From: Clostridium sp. CAG:914
Lineage (GTDB): Bacteria > Bacillota_I > Bacilli_A > RF39 > UBA660
Length of the DNA stretch: 64,000 bases
NCBI GenBank assembly: GCA_000437895.1
Contig: FR902161.1
Location: 46,642 to 110,641 of the forward strand
Direction of reading: 5' to 3'
Positions 45,042 to 56,613 of the stretch are shown in pieces. The position numbers were made by a program, and so were the translations under genes. The notes under the pieces were generated by a model. The model was not told the origin of the DNA, made no database searches, and saw nothing but the letters and a program-made list of their open reading frames with translations. Position 1 is the stretch's first letter, and each line of letters opens with the position of its first letter.

Positions 45042-46160
45042 TTATTTGATGCAATTTTTATATTTTTTGAAATATTTTGTTTCTTCTAAGTCAGTTTCAG
45101 AAAGAGACTCAAATAATTTCTTTTGTTCTCTTGTTAATTTTTCTGGAATAATAACTTTAGTGACAACGTACATATCACCTTTTCTTTTATTATTAACATT
45201 TTCTATACCTTTGCCTTTAAGGCGCATTTTGCTACCATTTTGTGTTCCTGCGGGAATTGTTATATCAACATTTCCATATAAAGTTGGTATTTCTTTTTTA
45301 CAACCAAGGGTAGCTTCTGTTATAGTTAATGGTAATTCTATATATATATCATCATCAACTCTTTGATAATAGTCATGATCCCTTACGGTAAATTCTATGT
45401 ATAAATCTCCAGATGGACCTCCATTTTTTCCAGCTTCACCTTTTCCAGCAATACGAAGTCTATTTTCGGTATCTATTCCACTAGGTACAGTTACTGTTAT
45501 TGTTTTAGTAACTTCTACTTGACCTTTACCATTACATTCATTACATTTTTTCTCATAAGTTTTACCTGTACCGCTACAGTAAGGACATGGTGACTTAGAT
45601 AAGAAACTTCCAAATATTGTTCTTTGCTCTTGGGTTAACATACCTGTTCCGTTACATTGACTACATTTTGTAGAATTAAATCCACCTTGACCATCACAGT
45701 TTTCACATGTATCAACCATTTTTACTTTGATGTCTTTTTTTGTTCCAAATACGGCTTCTTCAAAATCAATAGTCATATGGTATAAAACATCATTTCCTCT
45801 AGTTGCTTTTGTCCTACTGTTACTTTTTGAACTTGAGAATCCTCTTCCGAAACCAAATCCTCCAAGAATATCATCAAATACATCAGACATATCTCCAAAA
45901 TCAAAGCCATCAAATCCAGAAAATCCGCCACTACCATTGGTAAATGCACTATGTCCATATTGATCATATTGTTTTCTTTTATTTTCATCAGATAATACAG
46001 CATATGCTTCTTGAACTTCTTTAAATTTATCGGCAGCATTTTCTTCTTTGGAAACATCAGGATGATATTTCTTGGCTAGTCGTCTAAAAGCACTTTTTAT
46101 TTCATCTTGTGAAGCTGTTTTACTAACACCAAGAACCTCATAATAATCTTTTTTGTTCAT
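45042..46160 (-). CDS. dnaJ: chaperone DnaJ
   Basis: J-domain with HPD; G/F region; four CxxCxGxG zinc-finger repeats. I placed the start at 46160 because GGAGGT lies upstream. Confidence 0.93.
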   Translation of the reverse strand: MNKKDYYEVLGVSKTASQDEIKSAFRRLAKKYHPDVSKEENAADKFKEVQEAYAVLSDENKRKQYDQYGHSAFTNGSGGFSGFDGFDFGDMSDVFDDILGGFGFGRGFSSSKSNSRTKATRGNDVLYHMTIDFEEAVFGTKKDIKVKMVDTCENCDGQGGFNSTKCSQCNGTGMLTQEQRTIFGSFLSKSPCPYCSGTGKTYEKKCNECNGKGQVEVTKTITVTVPSGIDTENRLRIAGKGEAGKNGGPSGDLYIEFTVRDHDYYQRVDDDIYIELPLTITEATLGCKKEIPTLYGNVDITIPAGTQNGSKMRLKGKGIENVNNKRKGDMYVVTKVIIPEKLTREQKKLFESLSETDLEETKYFKKYKNCIK

Positions 46161-46172
46161 TCTTACCTCCAA

Positions 46173-46201
46173 TAAGGTCCTAGTTACCTAGGGCCTTATA
46201 A
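46173..46201 (-). promoter_or_regulatory. GC-rich imperfect stem-loop in the dnaK-dnaJ intergenic region
   Basis: AAGGCCCTAGG-TAA-CTAGGACCTT on the minus strand; unusually GC-rich for this genome. Confidence 0.35.
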
Positions 46202-48666
<2,465 letters not shown>

Positions 48667-48681
48667 ATTCGCCTACTTTCT

Positions 48682-49680
48682 TTAATTTTTAGTGTTACTT
48701 AAATTTTCATTAATATAATTTAATAAAGTAACAACTTTTTCATATTCCATTCTTTTGGGTCCAATAATAGCAATCGTTCCTTCTAAGCCACCATAGTTAT
48801 ATTTTGTTTTAACCACGGCAACGTCTTCAGAAAGTTCACTATCCTTTCCTATATATATATTAATACCATTTTTTTCTTCAGCCATATCACTAATTGAAGA
48901 TACATCATCTAATTTAGTTAATATTTTCTTTACGGCATCAATATTTTCAAATTCGGGTTGCTTTAAGAAATTATTTCTTCCAACAAAATGTACATCGGCT
49001 GATTTATTTGTAAAACTAGTAAAAGCATCATAAAAGGCATTATACAGTATTTCATGTTGAGTAACATATTTACCAATAATTGGTTTTATATCATATTCTA
49101 GTCTTTCACTAATGCAATCAATTGGTGTACCCACAATCATTCTATTTATAAGATTTACTGTTTTTATAACTTCTTCAATATCTGTATTTGGTAAATACAT
49201 ATTCTTATATTCAACGTGTCCTTTATCTGTTATAACCATTGTTAATACTTTATCATTCTCTAGTGGTACAACTTCTACTTTCTTTAATAAACTTTCATTG
49301 GAAGATTTTCCTAAAACTACTGAAGTATAGTTTGTTATTTCCGATATTAATTCAATACTTTTTAAAATAATATCATTTAAATCAAGAGCTTTGTTATGAA
49401 ATATTGTTTGTAGTTTTAACATTTCTTCTCCAGTCATATTTTTTGGAGACATAAGTTTATCTACATAGTATTTATATCCTTTTTCACTTGGAATTCTACC
49501 TGAAGCAAAATGATTTTTTTCTAAGTAACCTAATTCATCTAATATAACCATTTCATTTCTTATCGTAGCACTTGAACATTTAAGATATTTGCATATTGTG
49601 CTTGAACTTACTGGTTTAGCGGTCTTAATATATTCTTCTGCTAGAAATTTCAGGATATTCTCTTGTCTTTTTGTTATCAA
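48682..49680 (-). CDS. hrcA: heat-inducible transcription repressor HrcA
   Basis: N-terminal winged helix ILKFLAEEYIKTAKPVSS; 332 aa. Confidence 0.9.
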   Translation of the reverse strand: MITKRQENILKFLAEEYIKTAKPVSSSTICKYLKCSSATIRNEMVILDELGYLEKNHFASGRIPSEKGYKYYVDKLMSPKNMTGEEMLKLQTIFHNKALDLNDIILKSIELISEITNYTSVVLGKSSNESLLKKVEVVPLENDKVLTMVITDKGHVEYKNMYLPNTDIEEVIKTVNLINRMIVGTPIDCISERLEYDIKPIIGKYVTQHEILYNAFYDAFTSFTNKSADVHFVGRNNFLKQPEFENIDAVKKILTKLDDVSSISDMAEEKNGINIYIGKDSELSEDVAVVKTKYNYGGLEGTIAIIGPKRMEYEKVVTLLNYINENLSNTKN

Positions 49681-49692
49681 AACATCACTTCC

Positions 49693-49719
49693 TTAGCAAT
49701 ACTCTCATTTGATTGCTAG
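49693..49719. promoter_or_regulatory. degenerate CIRCE-like inverted repeat 1
   Basis: TTAGCAATA-N9-GATTGCTAG, compared with consensus TTAGCACTC-N9-GAGTGCTAA. Confidence 0.35.
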
Positions 49720-49739
49720 TACAAGTATAATACTTTCTG

Positions 49740-49766
49740 TTAGCAAAGTCAATAGTAAATTGCTAA
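49740..49766. promoter_or_regulatory. degenerate CIRCE-like inverted repeat 2
   Basis: TTAGCAAAG-N9-AATTGCTAA; 27 nt with the canonical 9-nt spacer. Confidence 0.4.
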
Positions 49767-49797
49767 CTTTTTAAAAAAAGAAAAGGTAATTGTTTAT

Positions 49798-50781
49798 TTA
49801 ATTGACTTTTGATTTATCATAATTACTTTTTCCTATGTTTATTTTACCTTTTTCACAATTATATCCAAATGAATCTACTAATTCATCTCCAATATACATA
49901 CTTACTATTTCACAATTAACAGGGCATTTATTACATATTTCTATTTTGGTTTTCATAGCAGTATTTTTGGTATTGAAATCAAATGATACTTGTTTTTTAT
50001 TATTCTTAGCATATATTGCTGCTCCAAGGGCTGTTACATAAGAAGAATTTTTAGCTACCATTATGTTTTTATTTAATACTTTGGTAAACTCTGTTATAAG
50101 ATAATTACATTTACTTAATCCTCCTACAAATATTATATTATTATTTATTTCTTTTATACCTTTAAAGTATTCTATATAGTCTTTAACTATTATATTAAAT
50201 AAAGAAGAAAATATATCTTTTTTATCATATCCTCTTGATATTTTTTTTATTATTTCATCTTCTAATAATATATTACAATTATTTCTTAAATTAATATTCC
50301 TTTGAGATATACTAGCAAGGTGTCCCATTTCTTCAATAGAAGTATTTAATTTTTTAGATAATGATTCAAGAAAATATCCATTACATAAGTCACAGGCATT
50401 AGATATTTTATAATTATTTAATTTTCCTTCTTTAATGGTTATTAATTTTGAATCACTATTGGATATTTCTATTATTGCTTCTGTATTTGGATCTATACAT
50501 AATACTCCTTCTTTGGTACAATCTATTTCATTTTTAACAAGTCCTGTAGTAAATATATTTTTGATAATATTTTTTCCACTGCCAGTAATAGTATAATTAG
50601 CTATATAGTTATTGTTTAGGTCTAAATTTACTTTTATATAACTTAGTAATTTATGAAAAGATTCCATCATATTTAATTCTATGTTTTGGGTATGACTTAC
50701 TATTATATTATTTTTGTTATCTATGACTACTCCTTTTATTGAATAAGACCCTATATCTAGGCCTAAATATAATTTGTGCAT
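49798..50781 (-). CDS. BadF/BadG/BcrA/BcrD (HgdC/YjiL-type) CoA-substrate-specific enzyme activase-like ATPase with Cys-rich C-terminal tail
   Basis: LGLDIGSYSIKGVV, TGSGKN, EIDCTKEG and SNACDLCNGYFLE align with MNDKCAAGTGRFLE; NCNILLEDE, with CTVFAESE; the GG...ALGAAIYA end. Extra C-terminal ICNKCPVNCEIV...YNCEKG. Confidence 0.5.
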   Translation of the reverse strand: MHKLYLGLDIGSYSIKGVVIDNKNNIIVSHTQNIELNMMESFHKLLSYIKVNLDLNNNYIANYTITGSGKNIIKNIFTTGLVKNEIDCTKEGVLCIDPNTEAIIEISNSDSKLITIKEGKLNNYKISNACDLCNGYFLESLSKKLNTSIEEMGHLASISQRNINLRNNCNILLEDEIIKKISRGYDKKDIFSSLFNIIVKDYIEYFKGIKEINNNIIFVGGLSKCNYLITEFTKVLNKNIMVAKNSSYVTALGAAIYAKNNKKQVSFDFNTKNTAMKTKIEICNKCPVNCEIVSMYIGDELVDSFGYNCEKGKINIGKSNYDKSKVN

Positions 50782-50896
50782 AATTCACCTCTTTAGGTAA
50801 TTATAAAATATAAATTATTAAAAAAATGTCGATTATTGATGTAGACTATTTTCCTACATATTTTTATTTTTTATTATGAGATAATTTATCTAGAGG

Positions 50897-51151
50897 TTGA
50901 TTATGAAGAGGGATAATAGATATAAAAATATATATGATACAGTTAGATTAAATATAAGAAAGTATAGAAGAAAAAAAGGTATTACACAACAAGAATTAGC
51001 TGATTTGGCTGATTTAAGTCATGGTTATATTAGGGATATTGAAAGTATTAATATGGGAGTAACTTTCTCTTTAGATGCTGTTGAGAAAATTGCTAATGCT
51101 TTAGATGTTAAAATAAAAGATATGTTTGAAGAAGAAAAAGAAGACATTTAA
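50897..51151 (+). CDS. XRE-family helix-turn-helix transcriptional regulator
   Basis: 84 aa; ITQQELADLADLSHGYIRDIE HTH_3. Confidence 0.7.
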   Translation: MIMKRDNRYKNIYDTVRLNIRKYRRKKGITQQELADLADLSHGYIRDIESINMGVTFSLDAVEKIANALDVKIKDMFEEEKEDI

Positions 51152-51164
51152 CTTGTGTCTTCTT

Positions 51165-51548
51165 TTATTTTAAATATTCATCTTCTCCACAATCTGTATA
51201 TTCATCTCCGCAATCTTCTATGTATTTATACTTTCCATTATCATACATAATACACGATGTTGGATTTAAGTCCTTTACCATATCTTCTGTAATTGTAGTA
51301 TGTTCTTTTATTTTTTCTAAACTTAATCTGTTATTTGTATCTTTAGTTAAACATACAAATACTTTGCTATATTTTGAAGCCATTAATTCAGCATAGGATA
51401 CCATTATTTCTTGTTCTTGAGTAATAGTTTTTTCCTTTCTTTTATTTATAACTTGTAAAATATTTGGCATAGCTATTGCTAATATAGCTACGAGTATTAC
51501 TATTGTGGCTAATAATTCTATTAAAGTAAATCCATTTTTTTTCTTCAT
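51165..51548 (-). CDS. type IV pilin / pseudopilin (prepilin-type N-terminal cleavage/methylation domain)
   Basis: MKKKNG|FTLIELLATIVILVAILAIA: canonical G-F-T-L-I-E class III signal with Glu at +5. 127 aa; C-terminal Cys pairs. Confidence 0.8.
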   Translation of the reverse strand: MKKKNGFTLIELLATIVILVAILAIAMPNILQVINKRKEKTITQEQEIMVSYAELMASKYSKVFVCLTKDTNNRLSLEKIKEHTTITEDMVKDLNPTSCIMYDNGKYKYIEDCGDEYTDCGEDEYLK

Positions 51549-51632
51549 TTTTATCTATCCTTATGAAAGTATTATAACATTATATAATGTATAAGTAAAT
51601 AATTAATGTCATATATTTATTTAGGTGATTAC

Positions 51633-52451
51633 ATGAAAATAATTAAATATTTAGGATTATTTTTATTGATATGTTTTACTTTTTTTTATACTGAAAAAGT
51701 TGTTAATGTTATAAATAATAATGATGAATTAATGATTGATATTAAAGATAGAGCTATTAATTATGAGATAGAAGCAATAGATGCTATTATCAATGATGAT
51801 ACGATTATACCAGGTAAATATGGAAAAGTTGTTAATATTGATAAGAGTTATTATAATATGAAAAGTAGTAAAGTATTTAATGATAAGTTACTTTTTTATG
51901 ACATAGTTAAACCAAATATTAGTTTAAAAGATAATAATGATAAATATATTATTGGTGGAAATCCTAAGTTTAAAAATGTTTCTTTGATATATATACTTAA
52001 CAATAATATTGAATCTAATATTAATTTAATTAATAGTATTAATTATAGAATTAATATATTTTTAAATTATGAATTTATGTTAAAGAATATAAATATGTTA
52101 AATAGTTTGAATAATCATGATATATATAATTATGGTAATGATGGTATTTATACTGAAGATAATGTTATAATGGGAAATAATATAATAAATAATAGGACTA
52201 ATAATAGAAGTATATATTGTTTAGCGAGAACTAGAAATGATAATACTATAAATATGTGTAGTAAGAATAGGATGTATACGATTATTCCTAGTATTGATAG
52301 GAATTATAGTGATATAAAAAGTAATATTAAGAATGGTAGTATTATTATGATAAATAATATTAAGGAATTAGATGTTATTGTAAATTATATTAATAGTAAG
52401 GGTTATAATATTGTTTCATTGAGTGAACTTCTTAGTGAGGAAATTAAGTAG
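51633..52451 (+). CDS. signal-anchored polysaccharide deacetylase (NodB)-like protein, probably non-catalytic
   Basis: C-terminal GSIIMINNIKELDVIVNYINSKGYNIVSLSELL resembles the NodB-domain end (GdIiLlHd...GYefvtlsELL); the TFDDG and H-S/T-xx-H motifs are not recognisable. I placed the start at 51633 because AGGTGA lies upstream. Confidence 0.35.
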   Translation: MKIIKYLGLFLLICFTFFYTEKVVNVINNNDELMIDIKDRAINYEIEAIDAIINDDTIIPGKYGKVVNIDKSYYNMKSSKVFNDKLLFYDIVKPNISLKDNNDKYIIGGNPKFKNVSLIYILNNNIESNINLINSINYRINIFLNYEFMLKNINMLNSLNNHDIYNYGNDGIYTEDNVIMGNNIINNRTNNRSIYCLARTRNDNTINMCSKNRMYTIIPSIDRNYSDIKSNIKNGSIIMINNIKELDVIVNYINSKGYNIVSLSELLSEEIK

Positions 52452-52512
52452 ATTTTAAAAGGGATTTATGATATAATTTGTTTAGTCCTTTATGGATATA
52501 AAGAGGTAAAAT

Positions 52513-55056
52513 ATGAAAAGATGTGAAGTAGATAGAACTAAACTCTCACCAATGATGAGACATTATGTAGAACTTAAAGATAAGTATGAAGATACGATTA
52601 TTTTTTATAGATTAGGGGACTTTTATGAGATGTTTTTTGAGGATGCTTTACTTGTTAGCCATGAATTAGAACTTACTTTAACAGGAAAACAAGCAGGACT
52701 TGATGAAAGGGTTCCAATGTGTGGTATACCATATCATGCAAGTGAAATATATATAGATAAACTTATTAAGAAGGGCTACAAGGTTGCTATATGTGAACAA
52801 TTAGAAGATCCTAAGATGGCTAAGGGTATGGTAAAGAGAGATGTTACTGAGATAATTTCTTCTGGTACTATTATTTCTAGTAATTCTTTAAATGAAAAGG
52901 AAAATAATTTTATAGGTAGTATTGTAGATTTTAAATATTGTTATGTTCTTACTTATACTGATATTACTACTGGTGAATTATATTGTGAAATACTTGATCA
53001 TAATAATAGTAAAGTAATTAATAAAATTATATTTTTAGGAATTAAAGAAGTTATATTAGATAGTAATGTTGATAAAGAAATATATCATAAACTTAGAGAC
53101 AATTATAGAATTACTACTTCTTTAATAGATGATATTTATGAAGGTAATGATTATGATAGGGTTATAAAAAATGTTACTGATACTAGATATATTCATGGCT
53201 TTAAACATCTTTTAAATTATTTGGTTGTTAATCAAAAAAGAAATATGGATCATTTAGAAGAAATTGTTATTAAGAAGAATGATGATTATTTAAAGATGGA
53301 TATTCATACAAAGAGAAATTTAGAATTAACTGAAAGTATGCGTAATAAAGAAAGAATGTATTCTTTACTTTGGCTACTTGATGATACTAAGACTGCTATG
53401 GGAAGTAGAAAGCTTAAGTCTTGGATAGAATTTCCTTTGATAAATAAAGAACAAATTGAAAAGAGATATGATGTTGTAAGTATTTTAAATCAAGAATTTA
53501 TTTTGTGTGAAGAACTTAGAAAGTATTTGTATGAAGTATATGATTTGGAGAGATTATGTGGAAGAATTGCTTTAAAAACAGCTAATGCTAGAGATTTGCT
53601 TCAATTAAAAAAATCATTGGAGGTATTACCTAAAATTAATGACATACTTAAATCTATTAATTATAAAGAATTACCTGATGTTAGTTCTTTGTATCAATTA
53701 CTTGTAGATTCTATTTATGAGAGTCCTCCAGTTGGTTTAAAAGAAGGGTATTTAATAAAGAATGGTTTTAATAAAGAGTTAGATGAACTAAAGGATCTTA
53801 GGAGTGGTGGAAAAGATTTTATAAGTAATTTTGAGATTCAAGAGAGAGAAAGAACTGGTATTAAGAATTTAAAGGTGGGATTTAATAAAGTTTTTGGTTA
53901 TTATATCGAAATATCTAAAGGTAGTTTGCAGTTTGTTACAGAGGATATGCAATATGAGAGAAAGCAAACACTTGCTAATTGTGAAAGATTTATTAATCCT
54001 CTTTTAAAAGAAAAAGAAAAAATTATTTTATCTAGTGAAGAGAAAATTATTAATTTAGAGTATGAATTATTTATAAGTATTAGGGATAAATGCTTAGAAT
54101 ATATTAGAGATATTCAGGAAATAGCTAAGATAATTAGTGAGATTGATGTATTATCAACATTTTCTATTATATGTAGTAAATACAATTATGTTAGACCTAT
54201 AATAAATGATGATAATGTTGTTAATATTATTGAGTCGAGACATCCTGTGGTGGAAGCATTTATTAAAGAAGAATATGTTCCTAATGATATAGTTATGGAT
54301 GAAAATACCAATATCTTACTTATTACAGGTCCTAATATGGCTGGTAAGAGTACATATATGAGGCAACTTGGTATTATTGTTATTATGGCACAGATAGGTT
54401 GCTTTATTCCGGCTAAGTCTGGTACTTTACCTATATTTGATAAAATATTTACAAGAATTGGAGCTAGTGATGATTTAGTTAGTGGAGAATCTACATTTAT
54501 GGTGGAGATGACGGAAGCAGGAAATGCTATTACTAATGCTACTAGAAAGAGCTTGATATTATTTGATGAATTAGGTAGAGGTACGGCTACTTTTGATGGA
54601 ATGAGTTTGGCACAAGCTATTTTGGAATATATACATAATAATATTTCTTGTAAAACACTTTTTTCTACTCATTATCACGAATTAACTGATTTAGAAAAAA
54701 CACTTCCTAATTTAAAGAATAAACATGTAAGTGCTAAAGAAGAAAATGGAAATATTACTTTTTTACATAAAGTACTTGATGGCAGTGTTGATAAAAGTTA
54801 TGGTATAAATGTTGCTAGATTAGCTAATTTACCTAATGAAGTTATTGATAGAGCGGATGAAATTTTAAAAGTATATGAGAAAAAAGAAAATGATAGAGAT
54901 ATTGTTATTCAAACTACTCTACCTCTAAGTTTTAAAAAAGAAAATAATGAAATAGAAAATTATATTAAAGAATTAAATATTTTAGAACTTACTCCAATCG
55001 ATGCTATAAATATTCTTAATGATTTAAAAATGAAGGTTAAGGATAATGAGAGATAA
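52513..55056 (+). CDS. mutS: DNA mismatch repair protein MutS
   Basis: N-terminal mismatch-binding domain (MMRHY...GDFYEMF); Walker A TGPNMAGKSTYMRQ; 847 aa. Confidence 0.93.
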   Translation: MKRCEVDRTKLSPMMRHYVELKDKYEDTIIFYRLGDFYEMFFEDALLVSHELELTLTGKQAGLDERVPMCGIPYHASEIYIDKLIKKGYKVAICEQLEDPKMAKGMVKRDVTEIISSGTIISSNSLNEKENNFIGSIVDFKYCYVLTYTDITTGELYCEILDHNNSKVINKIIFLGIKEVILDSNVDKEIYHKLRDNYRITTSLIDDIYEGNDYDRVIKNVTDTRYIHGFKHLLNYLVVNQKRNMDHLEEIVIKKNDDYLKMDIHTKRNLELTESMRNKERMYSLLWLLDDTKTAMGSRKLKSWIEFPLINKEQIEKRYDVVSILNQEFILCEELRKYLYEVYDLERLCGRIALKTANARDLLQLKKSLEVLPKINDILKSINYKELPDVSSLYQLLVDSIYESPPVGLKEGYLIKNGFNKELDELKDLRSGGKDFISNFEIQERERTGIKNLKVGFNKVFGYYIEISKGSLQFVTEDMQYERKQTLANCERFINPLLKEKEKIILSSEEKIINLEYELFISIRDKCLEYIRDIQEIAKIISEIDVLSTFSIICSKYNYVRPIINDDNVVNIIESRHPVVEAFIKEEYVPNDIVMDENTNILLITGPNMAGKSTYMRQLGIIVIMAQIGCFIPAKSGTLPIFDKIFTRIGASDDLVSGESTFMVEMTEAGNAITNATRKSLILFDELGRGTATFDGMSLAQAILEYIHNNISCKTLFSTHYHELTDLEKTLPNLKNKHVSAKEENGNITFLHKVLDGSVDKSYGINVARLANLPNEVIDRADEILKVYEKKENDRDIVIQTTLPLSFKKENNEIENYIKELNILELTPIDAINILNDLKMKVKDNER

Positions 55057-55759
55057 TTATATTGGTGTTTTTGATTCAGGAATTGGTGGAACAACTATTT
55101 TAAAAGAATTATTGAAATATTTACCATATGAGAATTATATATATTATGCTGATTGTAAAAATAATCCTTATGGTAATAAGAGTGATAAAGTCCTTATGAA
55201 AATTGTTATTAATATAGTTAATTATTTTATTAGAAGAAAAGTAAAATTAATTGTAATAGCTTGTAATACGGCTACGACTAGATGTATTGATAGGCTTAGA
55301 AAGTTATATCCTAGTATGTTATTTATAGGAGTAGAACCTGCTGTTAAGGTAGCTTGTGATAAGGGATATAAAAATATTTTAGTTATGGCTACTGAAGGTA
55401 CTATTAAATCTTTTAAATTACTTAAACTTATTGATAATAATAAAAAAGATGGAGAAAACATATATCTTGTTCCTTGTGAAGGTCTTGCTTTTGCGATTGA
55501 AAAAAAGGATAATATTGCAATTAATAATATTTTACATAATGTATTAGATAAATATGTAACTTATAATATTGATGCTATTGTTTTAGGATGTACACACTAT
55601 CCTTTAGTTAGCAATAAAATACTTGAAATAATACCCTCTGCTCGGCTTATTGATGGTAATATTGGTGTCGTAGAACATGTTAAACAAGTATTAAAAGAAA
55701 ATAATCTACTTAATATTTCTCAAAATAGAGGTAAATTTGAATTTATTACTACACACTAA
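55046..55759 (+). CDS. murI: glutamate racemase
   Basis: GVFDSGIGG and IACNTAT motifs; second catalytic Cys in GCTHYP. Confidence 0.9.
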   Translation: MRDNYIGVFDSGIGGTTILKELLKYLPYENYIYYADCKNNPYGNKSDKVLMKIVINIVNYFIRRKVKLIVIACNTATTRCIDRLRKLYPSMLFIGVEPAVKVACDKGYKNILVMATEGTIKSFKLLKLIDNNKKDGENIYLVPCEGLAFAIEKKDNIAINNILHNVLDKYVTYNIDAIVLGCTHYPLVSNKILEIIPSARLIDGNIGVVEHVKQVLKENNLLNISQNRGKFEFITTH

Positions 55760-55896
55760 AATTATAATGATTGTCTTAGTACAGTCATTTTTATTGATTA
55801 ATTAATTGAAATGTGATACTATGATATTGTGATAGCTAATAAAGAGTTTAAACATATGTTTATTTAACTTTTTAGTTTGTATTAGGTAGGTGAAAT

Positions 55897-56541
55897 ATGG
55901 AAGATAAAAAAGTAAAAATTGTCTCTATAGCAATAATATTATCATTTGTATTACTATGTTTCTCTGTTTTCTTTTTAGCTAATAAACTTAGTAATGTAGA
56001 GAAAGTTGATTGTTTAGTAGAAGTTAAAAAAGTTGAAGATATTGGAAAAAATAATATATGTACTGTAACAGACTATAAATATATTCAAGATGATTTTAAA
56101 TTATTAGCATCAATTACGATGTATAAATCTAATTATTATTCTATGGTACTTAAAGTAAATGATAAGAAGGTTGATATTAATTATTATACTTTAAATTCTA
56201 CTAATCAATTGTTTAAAGAAATTAATTTTTCTTTTAAAGATAATTTATTATTTATAGAATCTAATGATGGAGAAAAAATTGATGGTGATTATTTAGCTAT
56301 TATTAGTAATACTGGTGATGTTATAGAGTCTATGGGTAAGAAAACAATAGAATACGATTATAAGAATAAAAATATATATGTTACTACTCATTTTATTAGT
56401 ATGTATGATTGTTTTGATTTAAATCATGATGATGAAGATGCTATATATAATATTAAGAGATTTAATTACCTAAATGGCATTTTAAGTGTTACTTCAGAAG
56501 AATACGTTACATATAAAGATGTATGTAAGAATAGAGTTTAA
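55897..56541 (+). CDS. signal-anchored hypothetical protein
   Basis: 214 aa; N-terminal TM; no recognisable domain. Confidence 0.4.
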   Translation: MEDKKVKIVSIAIILSFVLLCFSVFFLANKLSNVEKVDCLVEVKKVEDIGKNNICTVTDYKYIQDDFKLLASITMYKSNYYSMVLKVNDKKVDINYYTLNSTNQLFKEINFSFKDNLLFIESNDGEKIDGDYLAIISNTGDVIESMGKKTIEYDYKNKNIYVTTHFISMYDCFDLNHDDEDAIYNIKRFNYLNGILSVTSEEYVTYKDVCKNRV

Positions 56542-56613
56542 TTTAAAGAATTATGTCTAATAAATATAGTTCTTTTTTTTTAATTCCGTAATACTTTTTA
56601 CTAGGAGGCAATA

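Noticed and set aside
45046-46057. Alternative-frame ORFs (106, 78, 94 aa) within dnaJ
   Set aside because: They overlap the conserved DnaJ frame; no independent support.
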